Source of the DNA: Candidatus Obscuribacteraceae bacterium
GTDB lineage: Bacteria; Cyanobacteriota; Vampirovibrionia; Obscuribacterales; Obscuribacteraceae
NCBI GenBank assembly: GCA_044229845.1
Contig: JBGASG010000003.1
Location: 128,001-192,000 of the forward strand
DNA length: 64,000 nucleotides
Direction of reading: 5' to 3'
Of this stretch, positions 56,343 through 64,000 are shown piece by piece. The notes below the pieces were generated by a model that ran no database searches, was not told where the DNA came from, and saw nothing but the letters and a program-made list of their open reading frames with translations. The position numbers and the translations under genes were made by a program. Numbering within the stretch: the stretch's first letter is position 1; every line of letters starts with the position of its first letter.

Positions 56343-56990
56343 ATGGTGCAAAACGGCCCGACGAATATGCCAGATACCGCGCAAGACCAGGAAGACACGT
56401 TTTCCATCGACGGTTGGTTTTTGCCGGACGGTCAACCCGGACCAGTCGCCGGTCGGTCCGGACCGCCAGCCAATGCGCACCTTGGTCTTGACGAGTCCCA
56501 CTCGAGCATCGACATCTCGCCGGGCACGGAAATAGATCCGTTCAACTGGTCCAATACCTTCATGAAGGTGTATGCCGATTTCGAGCTGCTCGACCAGCTG
56601 GCTGCCAATCTGCAAAACGAGTTTGTCGTCCGCAAGCTTGCCGCAATGGAAGATGATCTACTGGCAGCCCGAGCTGAGTCGGATCTTTTGCCACTGCCGA
56701 AGCTGCGCATTCGGCTCGAGGAATTGCAGGCCTCGCATATGTACTCTGCCGATCGACAAGAACGCCAGGAGCTGGCAGAACAGCTGTCGATGCTGCGTCT
56801 CAATATCTGCAGTCAGGCTCTGGTTCGTCTGGCACTGGCGGAGTTCTATTTGAAAGTAAGAGACGGTGCAACCGCAAAGCGACTCCTTGAAGATGCGGAA
56901 CAGCGCTATGCCGAATTGACGGACGCCGGCGGCGAGTTGGAGTGCGCCGACTACCTCGCCAAGGTTCGCAGTCTCTTCCTATCGCGGTGA
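56343..56990 (+). CDS. Hypothetical helical protein
   Basis: 215-aa ORF with purine-rich upstream region; TPR-like C-terminus. Confidence 0.55.
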   Translation: MVQNGPTNMPDTAQDQEDTFSIDGWFLPDGQPGPVAGRSGPPANAHLGLDESHSSIDISPGTEIDPFNWSNTFMKVYADFELLDQLAANLQNEFVVRKLAAMEDDLLAARAESDLLPLPKLRIRLEELQASHMYSADRQERQELAEQLSMLRLNICSQALVRLALAEFYLKVRDGATAKRLLEDAEQRYAELTDAGGELECADYLAKVRSLFLSR

Positions 56991-57076
56991 CCGCTTGCAA
57001 CGTCTATTCGGTGGCACCAATTTGATTGCACAGTACAATGACGTACAGCGCTTTGTTGTCGCGCTGTTGACAGAAC

Positions 57077-58138
57077 ATGGAAACCAGGAAATTGGCGAAA
57101 GAATCAGTTTGGACAAGCTTGATCGCGTGCTTTTGCATTGCGGTTTCGACAAACGTTTTCATTCCGGTGCAGGCTGAGAACCAGACTGGTTCTGTGTCGG
57201 TCGATGAAACACTGCCACCGGCTCAAGATGTGATCATGTCTCTCGATCAGGCGCGAGCCTACATGCTGGCGCTGATCAATCGCGATCGGGCGGCTGGCGG
57301 ACTGGCTCCCGTAGCCATGGATCCGGTAGCCACCGCCGCTGGACAGAAACACGCAGATGACATGGCACAACAGGGTTTCATCAGCCACTGGAACAAGTTC
57401 GGCAAAAAACCGGACCAGCGCTACACCGAGGCTGGTGGCATCCATTGCGACACCGAAAATCTTTCTCTGCGCACATTCCGCGGTGCAGGCGCCAGCAACG
57501 ACCACGACGGGAAGAAGTCGTCCTTCGATGGTGGCGGCAGCTATGAATTGCATGGCGTGCAGGCATTCAGACAAAGTGATTTAGATCGTATGCAGGCAGC
57601 ATTCATGGCTGAAAAACCGCCGAACGACGGTCACCGCAAATGTATTCTGGATCCGGTCCACAACTATGTCGGCATCGGACTTTCGCTTTCATCCAACGGG
57701 CAAGATAACTATCGGATTGCCCTGTCTCAGGAATTCACTAATGTCTACGGTCAGTACGATCAAATTCAACAGATGTGCACCCGCGGGCAGGCAATCACAC
57801 TGAGCGGACGCCTCAACCCTGGATATGAAATATACGAGGTGGCATTTGATTGGGAGCCGCTGCCTGAACCGATGGACTTCATTGCTCTCGACAAGACGCA
57901 CACATACGTGGCGGGCAAAAAACGTCTATATAGATATTGGCCGCCCAGTCCGACGGAGTCTTCGCCGTTGTCTGTAAACTCCCTGCCGGACGGACGGCAG
58001 CAGTTTCGCTGCGCGATCTTGCCGAAAGACTGGAAACCGGGTGTCTATTACGCCATCATCATGATCAAGCCTCAGGGAGCAGACTATAACCAGTCGTTCC
58101 TGGCGTCGCGGCGCACAATCATCATTCCACCCAACTGA
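57077..58138 (+). CDS. Secreted CAP/SCP domain protein
   Basis: 'LINRDRAAGGL', 'HADDMA...ISH', 'TENL', 'GHRKCILDP', 'VGIG'. Confidence 0.88.
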   Translation: METRKLAKESVWTSLIACFCIAVSTNVFIPVQAENQTGSVSVDETLPPAQDVIMSLDQARAYMLALINRDRAAGGLAPVAMDPVATAAGQKHADDMAQQGFISHWNKFGKKPDQRYTEAGGIHCDTENLSLRTFRGAGASNDHDGKKSSFDGGGSYELHGVQAFRQSDLDRMQAAFMAEKPPNDGHRKCILDPVHNYVGIGLSLSSNGQDNYRIALSQEFTNVYGQYDQIQQMCTRGQAITLSGRLNPGYEIYEVAFDWEPLPEPMDFIALDKTHTYVAGKKRLYRYWPPSPTESSPLSVNSLPDGRQQFRCAILPKDWKPGVYYAIIMIKPQGADYNQSFLASRRTIIIPPN

Positions 58139-58167
58139 GCGCGGGACTGGTACTGGCTATCACTCCC

Positions 58168-58196
58168 TTGACAGTATTTAGCTATTTTGCTAAATT
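58168..58196 (+). promoter_or_regulatory. Sigma70-type promoter with overlapping ArsR-type operator
   Basis: TTGACA (58168-58173), 17-bp spacer, TAAATT (58191-58196); inverted repeat ATTTAGC-N6-GCTAAAT (58176-58195). Confidence 0.75.
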
Positions 58197-58203
58197 GGAA
58201 AAT

Positions 58204-58509
58204 ATGAAAGAACCTACGATGATTTTCAGAGCTTTGGCCGATCCCACCCGGCGCCAGATCCTGCAGGCACTCAAGGAAAAGGACATGCGCGCCGGTGACA
58301 TCGTAGATCTGTTCACAATGACCGGTCCGTCGGTATCCCGGCACTTGTCCATTCTCAAGGCGGCCGGTCTGGTCAGCGAAAGACGTGAGGGCAACGCGAT
58401 TATCTACACGCTTGAGCCCGAAAAACTGTCGCTGTGCCTGAGTGACTTTTTGAGCGCGGTCTGCCCAACGGAGCTAGTCCAGAAGCACCGCAGGAGGAAC
58501 AAGAAATGA
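58204..58509 (+). CDS. ArsR/SmtB (SdpR-like) transcriptional repressor
   Basis: 'FRALADPTRRQIL', 'SVSRHLSILKAAGLV...REG..IIY'. Confidence 0.92.
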   Translation: MKEPTMIFRALADPTRRQILQALKEKDMRAGDIVDLFTMTGPSVSRHLSILKAAGLVSERREGNAIIYTLEPEKLSLCLSDFLSAVCPTELVQKHRRRNKK

Positions 58510-59447
58510 TTATCGCTATTACCGGAGGAACAGGATTTGTGGGCGGCCACCTGGCGGAAGCCCTGACGGCCGCCGGTCACCAGGTACGCTTGATCGCCCG
58601 CGGACTGGACGGACGCAACGCTCAGATCCGTAATCTGGCGGGAGCGGAATTTCTGGCCATCGGCACCAGCAACGAAGAAGAACTGCGCCATGCGTTCGCC
58701 GGATGCGATGCTGTTGCGCACTGCGCCGGCATCAATCGCGAAGTACATCCAGGCGATTACGAGCGCATTCATGTCGAAGGCACTCGCAACGTCGTGCAAG
58801 CCGCCAGAGCAGCAGGGGTCAAAAAGATCGTGCTGGTCAGTTTCTTCAAAGCTCGACCTGATTGCGGATCGCCATATCACGAATCTAAGTACGCCGCCGA
58901 GGAAATCGTTCGGCAGAGCGGCCTCGACTACACAGTCTTCAAAGCCGGCATGATATACGGCCGTGGCGACCACATGCTCGACCATCTGAGTCACATATTT
59001 CACACGTTGCCGTTTTTTGCACTGGTCGGCTTCCAGAAGAAGTGGTCCGCTCCACTGGCTGTTGAAGACATGGTACGCGTGATGCAAGCCGCGCTTTGCG
59101 AAGGACGCCTTACTCGTCAAACCGTGGCAATCGTCGGTCCGGAGCGCATGCCCCTGGGCGAAGCAGTTCTGCGTGTCGCCAGAACTGTCGGCAAGGTGCC
59201 GGTGATCTTCCCGATGCCCATCGCATTTCACTACGGCTTCGCCACCGTCCTTGAATCAGTTATGAAAATTCCGCTGGTATCAGTGGCGCAGGTGAGAATA
59301 CTTACCGAAGGTTTCGATGAAGCGTACGGCGACTGCCGCGAATTACCAGAGGACCTCAAACCTTCCATCAGGTTGACTGACGAGCAGATCCGTCACGGCT
59401 TGCCAGAGGCCGGTCCATTCAAGTGCTCCGACCTGCGCTTCTGCTAA
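58506..59447 (+). CDS. NAD(P)-binding atypical SDR (NDUFA9-like)
   Basis: 'ITGGTGFVG', 'HCAGI', 'YHESK'; ATGA overlap with the repressor gene. Confidence 0.9.
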   Translation: MIIAITGGTGFVGGHLAEALTAAGHQVRLIARGLDGRNAQIRNLAGAEFLAIGTSNEEELRHAFAGCDAVAHCAGINREVHPGDYERIHVEGTRNVVQAARAAGVKKIVLVSFFKARPDCGSPYHESKYAAEEIVRQSGLDYTVFKAGMIYGRGDHMLDHLSHIFHTLPFFALVGFQKKWSAPLAVEDMVRVMQAALCEGRLTRQTVAIVGPERMPLGEAVLRVARTVGKVPVIFPMPIAFHYGFATVLESVMKIPLVSVAQVRILTEGFDEAYGDCRELPEDLKPSIRLTDEQIRHGLPEAGPFKCSDLRFC

Positions 59448-60526
59448 TTTCCTTCGCTGCGCTTATCGCGTTGCTTTGGCGCCGCCTTCGTTTGCGGCTC
59501 AGTTTTCGGCTTGGACTCCGGCTTCATCGGCTTAGCGTCCGTCTTTGTCGGCGTAGTTTCCGACTTGGCGCTGCCCGCCTTTGCCTTCGACTTCTCCGCT
59601 CCATCATTCAATCCAGCGAAAGCTTCCGATTTGGTTTTACCAGAAGCACCGCTTGGGGTCCGCGAAACTTCTTCCACATCGCCACGTCCCTTGCGGGGAC
59701 TGGAGGCTTTCTGGGCTTGAACAGGGGGTGGCGTCGACGGCGCCCCCGCTGGCTGCGGGTTCAATGCCTGCTGCCGCTCCATAATGTCTTGTTGCATGTT
59801 TCTGACCAGTTCTTCTTCGGAGGCAACAGTTTTGTAGCCGATCGGAATCTCGAACACACTGTCTGGAACATTCATCTTGAAAGCTTTCACGGTATCCATA
59901 AGAATTTTCGGCTTGCCATCCTGCTCGATCGAAATGCGCAACGGCACCGTATCTGGTGGCAGCCCCTTGGCCGTGGACACGAAGGAAAAGAACTCAGACG
60001 GAGCTTTGATCTGATCTGTAAGCCAGAGGTGCATGGTCACTTCTTCTGTCTTGCCATTGCGCAGGTGAATGACAGTCTTTCCAACAAATAGCTGTGCCGG
60101 CACGCCTGCTATCGTCTGCTCTTTGTTTCCCTTCTCATATAAAGTGTCCTCGACCACCCCCGTTTCTGATCTGAACCGGTTTTCTGTCTCGGCATCACTG
60201 CGGGCTCGCTCCGCCTTCCAGGAAGCAATAGAACCGTTGTACATCAGCTTTTTTGGTTCCCAGTAAACAAAAACTGCTTCTTCTGGCGCTCTCAGCATAA
60301 CCAGATTTAGATGCTGTCTTTTTGTCTCAAACTTAGACTTGTGCGGCGTCACATAGAGCACCTGATCGCCAAGCAGTTCGCTGTTGTATTCAACCATCCA
60401 GGAATCGCCAGCCGAATCATTAAACGAGGTGTTCGGGGCTTCTTTTCGCTTGCCGAGGGTGTGGCAGCCTGACACCATCGCCACCACAGTAATCGCGGCA
60501 AAAATCCGTAAAAGAAACTGATTCAT
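59444..60526 (-). CDS. Lipoprotein, DUF4412-like, with Lys/Pro-rich tail
   Basis: Lipobox 'VSGC', 'TIAGVPA', 'VPDSVFEIPIGYK'. Confidence 0.65.
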   Translation of the reverse strand: MNQFLLRIFAAITVVAMVSGCHTLGKRKEAPNTSFNDSAGDSWMVEYNSELLGDQVLYVTPHKSKFETKRQHLNLVMLRAPEEAVFVYWEPKKLMYNGSIASWKAERARSDAETENRFRSETGVVEDTLYEKGNKEQTIAGVPAQLFVGKTVIHLRNGKTEEVTMHLWLTDQIKAPSEFFSFVSTAKGLPPDTVPLRISIEQDGKPKILMDTVKAFKMNVPDSVFEIPIGYKTVASEEELVRNMQQDIMERQQALNPQPAGAPSTPPPVQAQKASSPRKGRGDVEEVSRTPSGASGKTKSEAFAGLNDGAEKSKAKAGSAKSETTPTKTDAKPMKPESKPKTEPQTKAAPKQRDKRSEGN

Positions 60527-60574
60527 CGAGTCACCCTTAGCAGAACCTCGTTCTCTTAATATTACAATGACACC

Positions 60575-61714
60575 ATGCGTTTATTAGTCACATTAATGGT
60601 CCTCCTGGTGCTGCAGCCGTTTGCAGTATCAGCCGTTTGCGCCGCCGGCAGCGACCAGCCGCCAGCAACGGCGATCATCAACAAGCGCATCGACGAGCTG
60701 GTGAAGGCAGCCGTCAACCGCAGCGGTATAGCAGGCTACAGCCTGGTCGTGCTCAAAGACGGCAAAGTCATCCATCAATCCGGTTATGGATTTGCAGATC
60801 AAGCAAAGCAAGTACCTGTGACACCCCAGACAGTTTTCGGTCTGGCTTCGGTGACAAAAACTTTCACTGCTCTGGCACTATTGTCGTTGGTGGAAAAGGG
60901 CAAACTGAGACTAGACGACCCGCTCAGTAAACATCTGACCGGTCTGCCGACCGCCTGGAAGAAACTGACGCTCAGACAACTGGCTTCGATGACGGCCGGC
61001 GTCCCCAACGACATACCGCGAGAGAAACCCTGGCCGGAAGAAATGGCAATCGTCCAGACCATGCCGCTTTTGTTCACACCCGGCTCCCGCTACGCCTACT
61101 CCAATCCCAGTTACCGAACCCTGGGAACAGTGATTGAACGGGTAACCGGCAAGCCTTATCTCCAGTACCTCAGAGAAACCGTGCTCAGTCCTCTCGCCAT
61201 GAAAAGCACAGGCACCCGCGAAGAGCTGGAAAAGCTGACGACGGTCAGTCAGCCGTTCGGGTTCAATCAGCGCACTGGAAACGCTGTATTGCTGAGATAT
61301 AAGCCAACCGAGATATCTTTTTCGTCGGGGATGCTCTTCTCGAACACCGCTGACATGTCCAAGTACGCACAGGCGCTCCTGGACCATAAGCTGTTCAGCG
61401 CCTCTTCTTATGACACTCTATTTGTCTCGCGTCCCCCATTGACGACGGGCGCACAGTCGAACTGGGCCTTCGGATGGGGAGTTGAGCGGAAGAAGTCTTA
61501 CGGAGGACGGCTAGTCTGCGGGATGAACGGCGGCAACCCTGGTGTAGCCAGCACCATCTTGCTTGTGCCCGAGGAAAAATTAGCAATCGTTGGTCTGAGC
61601 AATGTCTATTCGCCCGCCGCTTATCGCATCCCCCGCATGGTGGCACAGGCGGTGCTCAATCTAAAAACGAGCGGCGGAGCAGGAACAGGTGAAGCGCAAG
61701 AACTGTCGTTTTGA
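60575..61714 (+). CDS. Secreted serine hydrolase, class C beta-lactamase/peptidase S12 family
   Basis: SxxK 'ASVTK', 'FTPGSRYAYSN'. Confidence 0.92.
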   Translation: MRLLVTLMVLLVLQPFAVSAVCAAGSDQPPATAIINKRIDELVKAAVNRSGIAGYSLVVLKDGKVIHQSGYGFADQAKQVPVTPQTVFGLASVTKTFTALALLSLVEKGKLRLDDPLSKHLTGLPTAWKKLTLRQLASMTAGVPNDIPREKPWPEEMAIVQTMPLLFTPGSRYAYSNPSYRTLGTVIERVTGKPYLQYLRETVLSPLAMKSTGTREELEKLTTVSQPFGFNQRTGNAVLLRYKPTEISFSSGMLFSNTADMSKYAQALLDHKLFSASSYDTLFVSRPPLTTGAQSNWAFGWGVERKKSYGGRLVCGMNGGNPGVASTILLVPEEKLAIVGLSNVYSPAAYRIPRMVAQAVLNLKTSGGAGTGEAQELSF

Positions 61715-61787
61715 TCAGTATCCGGCGTACATAATAGATACCGAGAGCGGGAAGATCTCCAACAAGAGAGCCTGACGGAGCCACTGA

Positions 61788-62216
61788 ATGTTCATCTTCT
61801 GGACACACAACAACGACGTAAAGCGGCGCATGTTCGGCAAGAAGGTGCGGCGCTTTTGCACAAAATGCAATCACGAAGCTACGTTCCACGAATGCGATAT
61901 CAACAATAGCGTCAAGATCATGGGGGTCTTCGCTCTCTGGGATAAGCACGAGTCTGTCTTGCAGTGCGGAGATTGCCTTGCCCTGTTCAAGACTGACGAA
62001 CAGATTAATGACGACGACAGCGCGAAAAGCCCGGAACAACAAAATAAGCTGAAAGCTGAGGAGGAAAAGCGCAGGGTCGAGGAAGAACGAAAACGCGCAG
62101 AAGAACAAGCCCGAGAGGAAGCCGAAACGAAAGCCCGGCTCGCACAAGAGCACCGGATTCGGGAAGCGGCAGTAGATGCCGAGTTGGCAGAACTCAAGAA
62201 GAAAATGGGGAAATAG
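61788..62216 (+). CDS. Zinc-ribbon protein with C-terminal coiled coil
   Basis: 'CTKC' and 'CGDC'; tail 'VDAELAELKKKMG'. Confidence 0.75.
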   Translation: MFIFWTHNNDVKRRMFGKKVRRFCTKCNHEATFHECDINNSVKIMGVFALWDKHESVLQCGDCLALFKTDEQINDDDSAKSPEQQNKLKAEEEKRRVEEERKRAEEQAREEAETKARLAQEHRIREAAVDAELAELKKKMGK

Positions 62217-62271
62217 ACTGCTATATTGGCGCCATTCCCGCAGCTGGGGAATCAGAGAAACGGAGAGACCT

Positions 62272-63291
62272 ATGAGAAATTGGGCAATGGTGGGGTTGGT
62301 TGCGCTTTTGCTGGGCATGTTGCCCGTCCAGACAGCAAATGCCCAACAACCCGACAAGACAACGATTGTCGCCAAGGACGGACCGTTTTCCTCCACCTCC
62401 GCACGCCAGGTGCAGCGATTTAACAGTTCGGTCAATCTCACACCCGAACAGCTGGCCGGACCTCTGACACTCAAGTTCTACAACGGTTATTCCGGCAGCA
62501 ACCAGTTTGGATGGGTGCGCGTGTTTTTCAACCCCGGTCGCGGTTCCGCCCCGGTCACCGCTCAACCCAGCGGCCTCTTGATTATCGATGAGAATTCCTT
62601 CAAAAAGGGCGATATCGTAACTCTCGACGTTTCTGGTCGCATGGCTGCCCGCAACCTGTTCATGATTCAAGGCGCCGGCAACCAGGGTGCGCAGGTCTCC
62701 TACGAGATCATCAGTACGGAAGTGAAAGGCGTGAAAATTACGGGTGTCGATCCGATGGAAGTAGCGCCTGGCGGCGAGATCACCATCAAGGGTGCAGGAT
62801 TCGATCAAGTCTCCGGCAGCAACACGGTCAAGATCTACAACCGTCCGGTGACAGTCAGTAAAGCCAGCCCGACCAGCCTGGAAGTCACAGTTCCGAAAGG
62901 ACTGCAACCGAACAACTACACTGTTGACGTCACCGTCGGCGGTGTCAAGAGCAATGCGTTCCAGTTCAGAGTGACCGGCCCGCCGGAGCTGGGCGGTTGT
63001 TCGCAATACGGACTGGTGCCGGGTTCAACCGCACAAATCACAGGCCGAAATTTCGCCCCTCGCGCCGATCAAAACGTGGTCACAATTACAGCCGGCGATG
63101 TAAAAAAGAAAGCAGCGGTCACCAGCGTCACCAAAGACACTCTGACGTTCACAGTGCCCGACTTCCCGGAACTCGCCCAAAAGCTGAACCTGGGCGTTCC
63201 CACCCAGGCGAACATCTCAGTGGCAGCAAACGGCGTCGAATCCACATCACAACTCAGTATTGTGATTTCAATCCGTCCAATGTCCCAATAG
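62272..63291 (+). CDS. Secreted protein with two IPT/TIG domains
   Basis: Signal peptide; 'ITGVDP...PGGEITIKGAGF', 'PGSTAQITGRNF'; GGAGA upstream of ATG. Confidence 0.85.
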   Translation: MRNWAMVGLVALLLGMLPVQTANAQQPDKTTIVAKDGPFSSTSARQVQRFNSSVNLTPEQLAGPLTLKFYNGYSGSNQFGWVRVFFNPGRGSAPVTAQPSGLLIIDENSFKKGDIVTLDVSGRMAARNLFMIQGAGNQGAQVSYEIISTEVKGVKITGVDPMEVAPGGEITIKGAGFDQVSGSNTVKIYNRPVTVSKASPTSLEVTVPKGLQPNNYTVDVTVGGVKSNAFQFRVTGPPELGGCSQYGLVPGSTAQITGRNFAPRADQNVVTITAGDVKKKAAVTSVTKDTLTFTVPDFPELAQKLNLGVPTQANISVAANGVESTSQLSIVISIRPMSQ

Positions 63292-63374
63292 CACCCCTTA
63301 TTAATAATCGCACCAGGTTGTATGATCTGGTTCTCTTATAGTGCTTTGACATGGCTTGGCAGGAGTAATCGATC

Positions 63375-64000
63375 ATGCTATTGCGTCGTCTGACTGCGGA
63401 ATTTCTGGGAACCGCCGGATTATTGTGCACCGTCGTCGGCTCAGGTGCACTCATGCACAAGCTTGATGCCGGCAATGTCGCAGTTACCGTTTTCGGTGTC
63501 GCCGCAGCCACCGGGCTGGTTCTCTACGCCCTGATAGAAATGTTGGGAACGCTTTCCGCGCACTTCAATCCGGTCGTAACGCTGGTTAACGCTCTGCAGA
63601 GAAACATCAAATGGAGTGCCGTGATTCCATATTTCACGGCACAGATCTTTGGGGCCATCACCGGTGTGGTGTTAGCCAACCTCATGTTTGAACAGGCTCC
63701 GATTTCCATCTCTGAAACCGCCCGCACAGGGACAGGACAATGGCTGGGCGAGATTATCGCCACATTCGGGTTGATCGGCGTAATCACAGGGTGCTCACGT
63801 TTCAAACCGGCGGTGGTACCACAGGCGGTGAGCGCCTATGTCGCCGGCGCCATTATGTTCACGTCATCGACGTGCTTCGCCAATCCGGCGGTGACAATTT
63901 CCAGAGTGTTCACCACTACCATCACGGGTATTCGCCCGGCGGATGTGCCGGTCTTCATTGTCTGCGAGGTAGTCACCGGCATTCTCGCTATGTTCGTCTT
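63375..64000 (+). CDS. MIP/aquaporin family channel (AqpS-like), truncated by window edge; absent from ORF track
   Basis: Manual translation: 'MLLRRLTAEFLGT...SAHFNPVVT...GEIIATFGL...FTSSTCFANPAVT'; AGGAG upstream. Confidence 0.9.
   Translation, partial: MLLRRLTAEFLGTAGLLCTVVGSGALMHKLDAGNVAVTVFGVAAATGLVLYALIEMLGTLSAHFNPVVTLVNALQRNIKWSAVIPYFTAQIFGAITGVVLANLMFEQAPISISETARTGTGQWLGEIIATFGLIGVITGCSRFKPAVVPQAVSAYVAGAIMFTSSTCFANPAVTISRVFTTTITGIRPADVPVFIVCEVVTGILAMFV

Noticed and set aside
58204..64000. Arsenic-resistance operon from ArsR plus AqpS-like channel
   Set aside because: The genes are about 5 kb apart with unrelated genes between; no arsC or acr3 in the window, although sequence beyond the edge is unseen.

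Overview
Gene-dense bacterial chromosomal window with about 60 likely genes and no rRNA, tRNA, CRISPR array or transposase/integrase recognised by eye. The mix of LRV-repeat, MshEN-like/TPR, TPR-matrixin, DUF4384-like and glycine-zipper secreted proteins suggests Melainabacteria (Obscuribacterales-like); this is inference only. Recognisable genes include a partial dacB, rtcB, an AlkA-family glycosylase, two class A PBPs, an exosortase with an adjacent VIT-domain PEP-CTERM-type substrate, an NCS1 permease, a MocR regulator, a dicarboxylate/amino-acid symporter, a TM0106-type nuclease-helicase and a partial MIP channel. The most unusual signals are: (1) three Flp pilin genes with an identical 51-aa mature peptide and individual terminators, lying antisense between a DesK-type kinase and a NarL-type regulator; (2) an adjoining block of three ATP-grasp ligases plus a two-cysteine Asp/Glu racemase; (3) a 155-bp non-coding unit duplicated at exactly 200-bp spacing, each copy ending in a minus-strand terminator; (4) two interlocking inverted repeats directly upstream of rtcB; (5) a 41-aa Cys-containing ORF missing from the ORF track.
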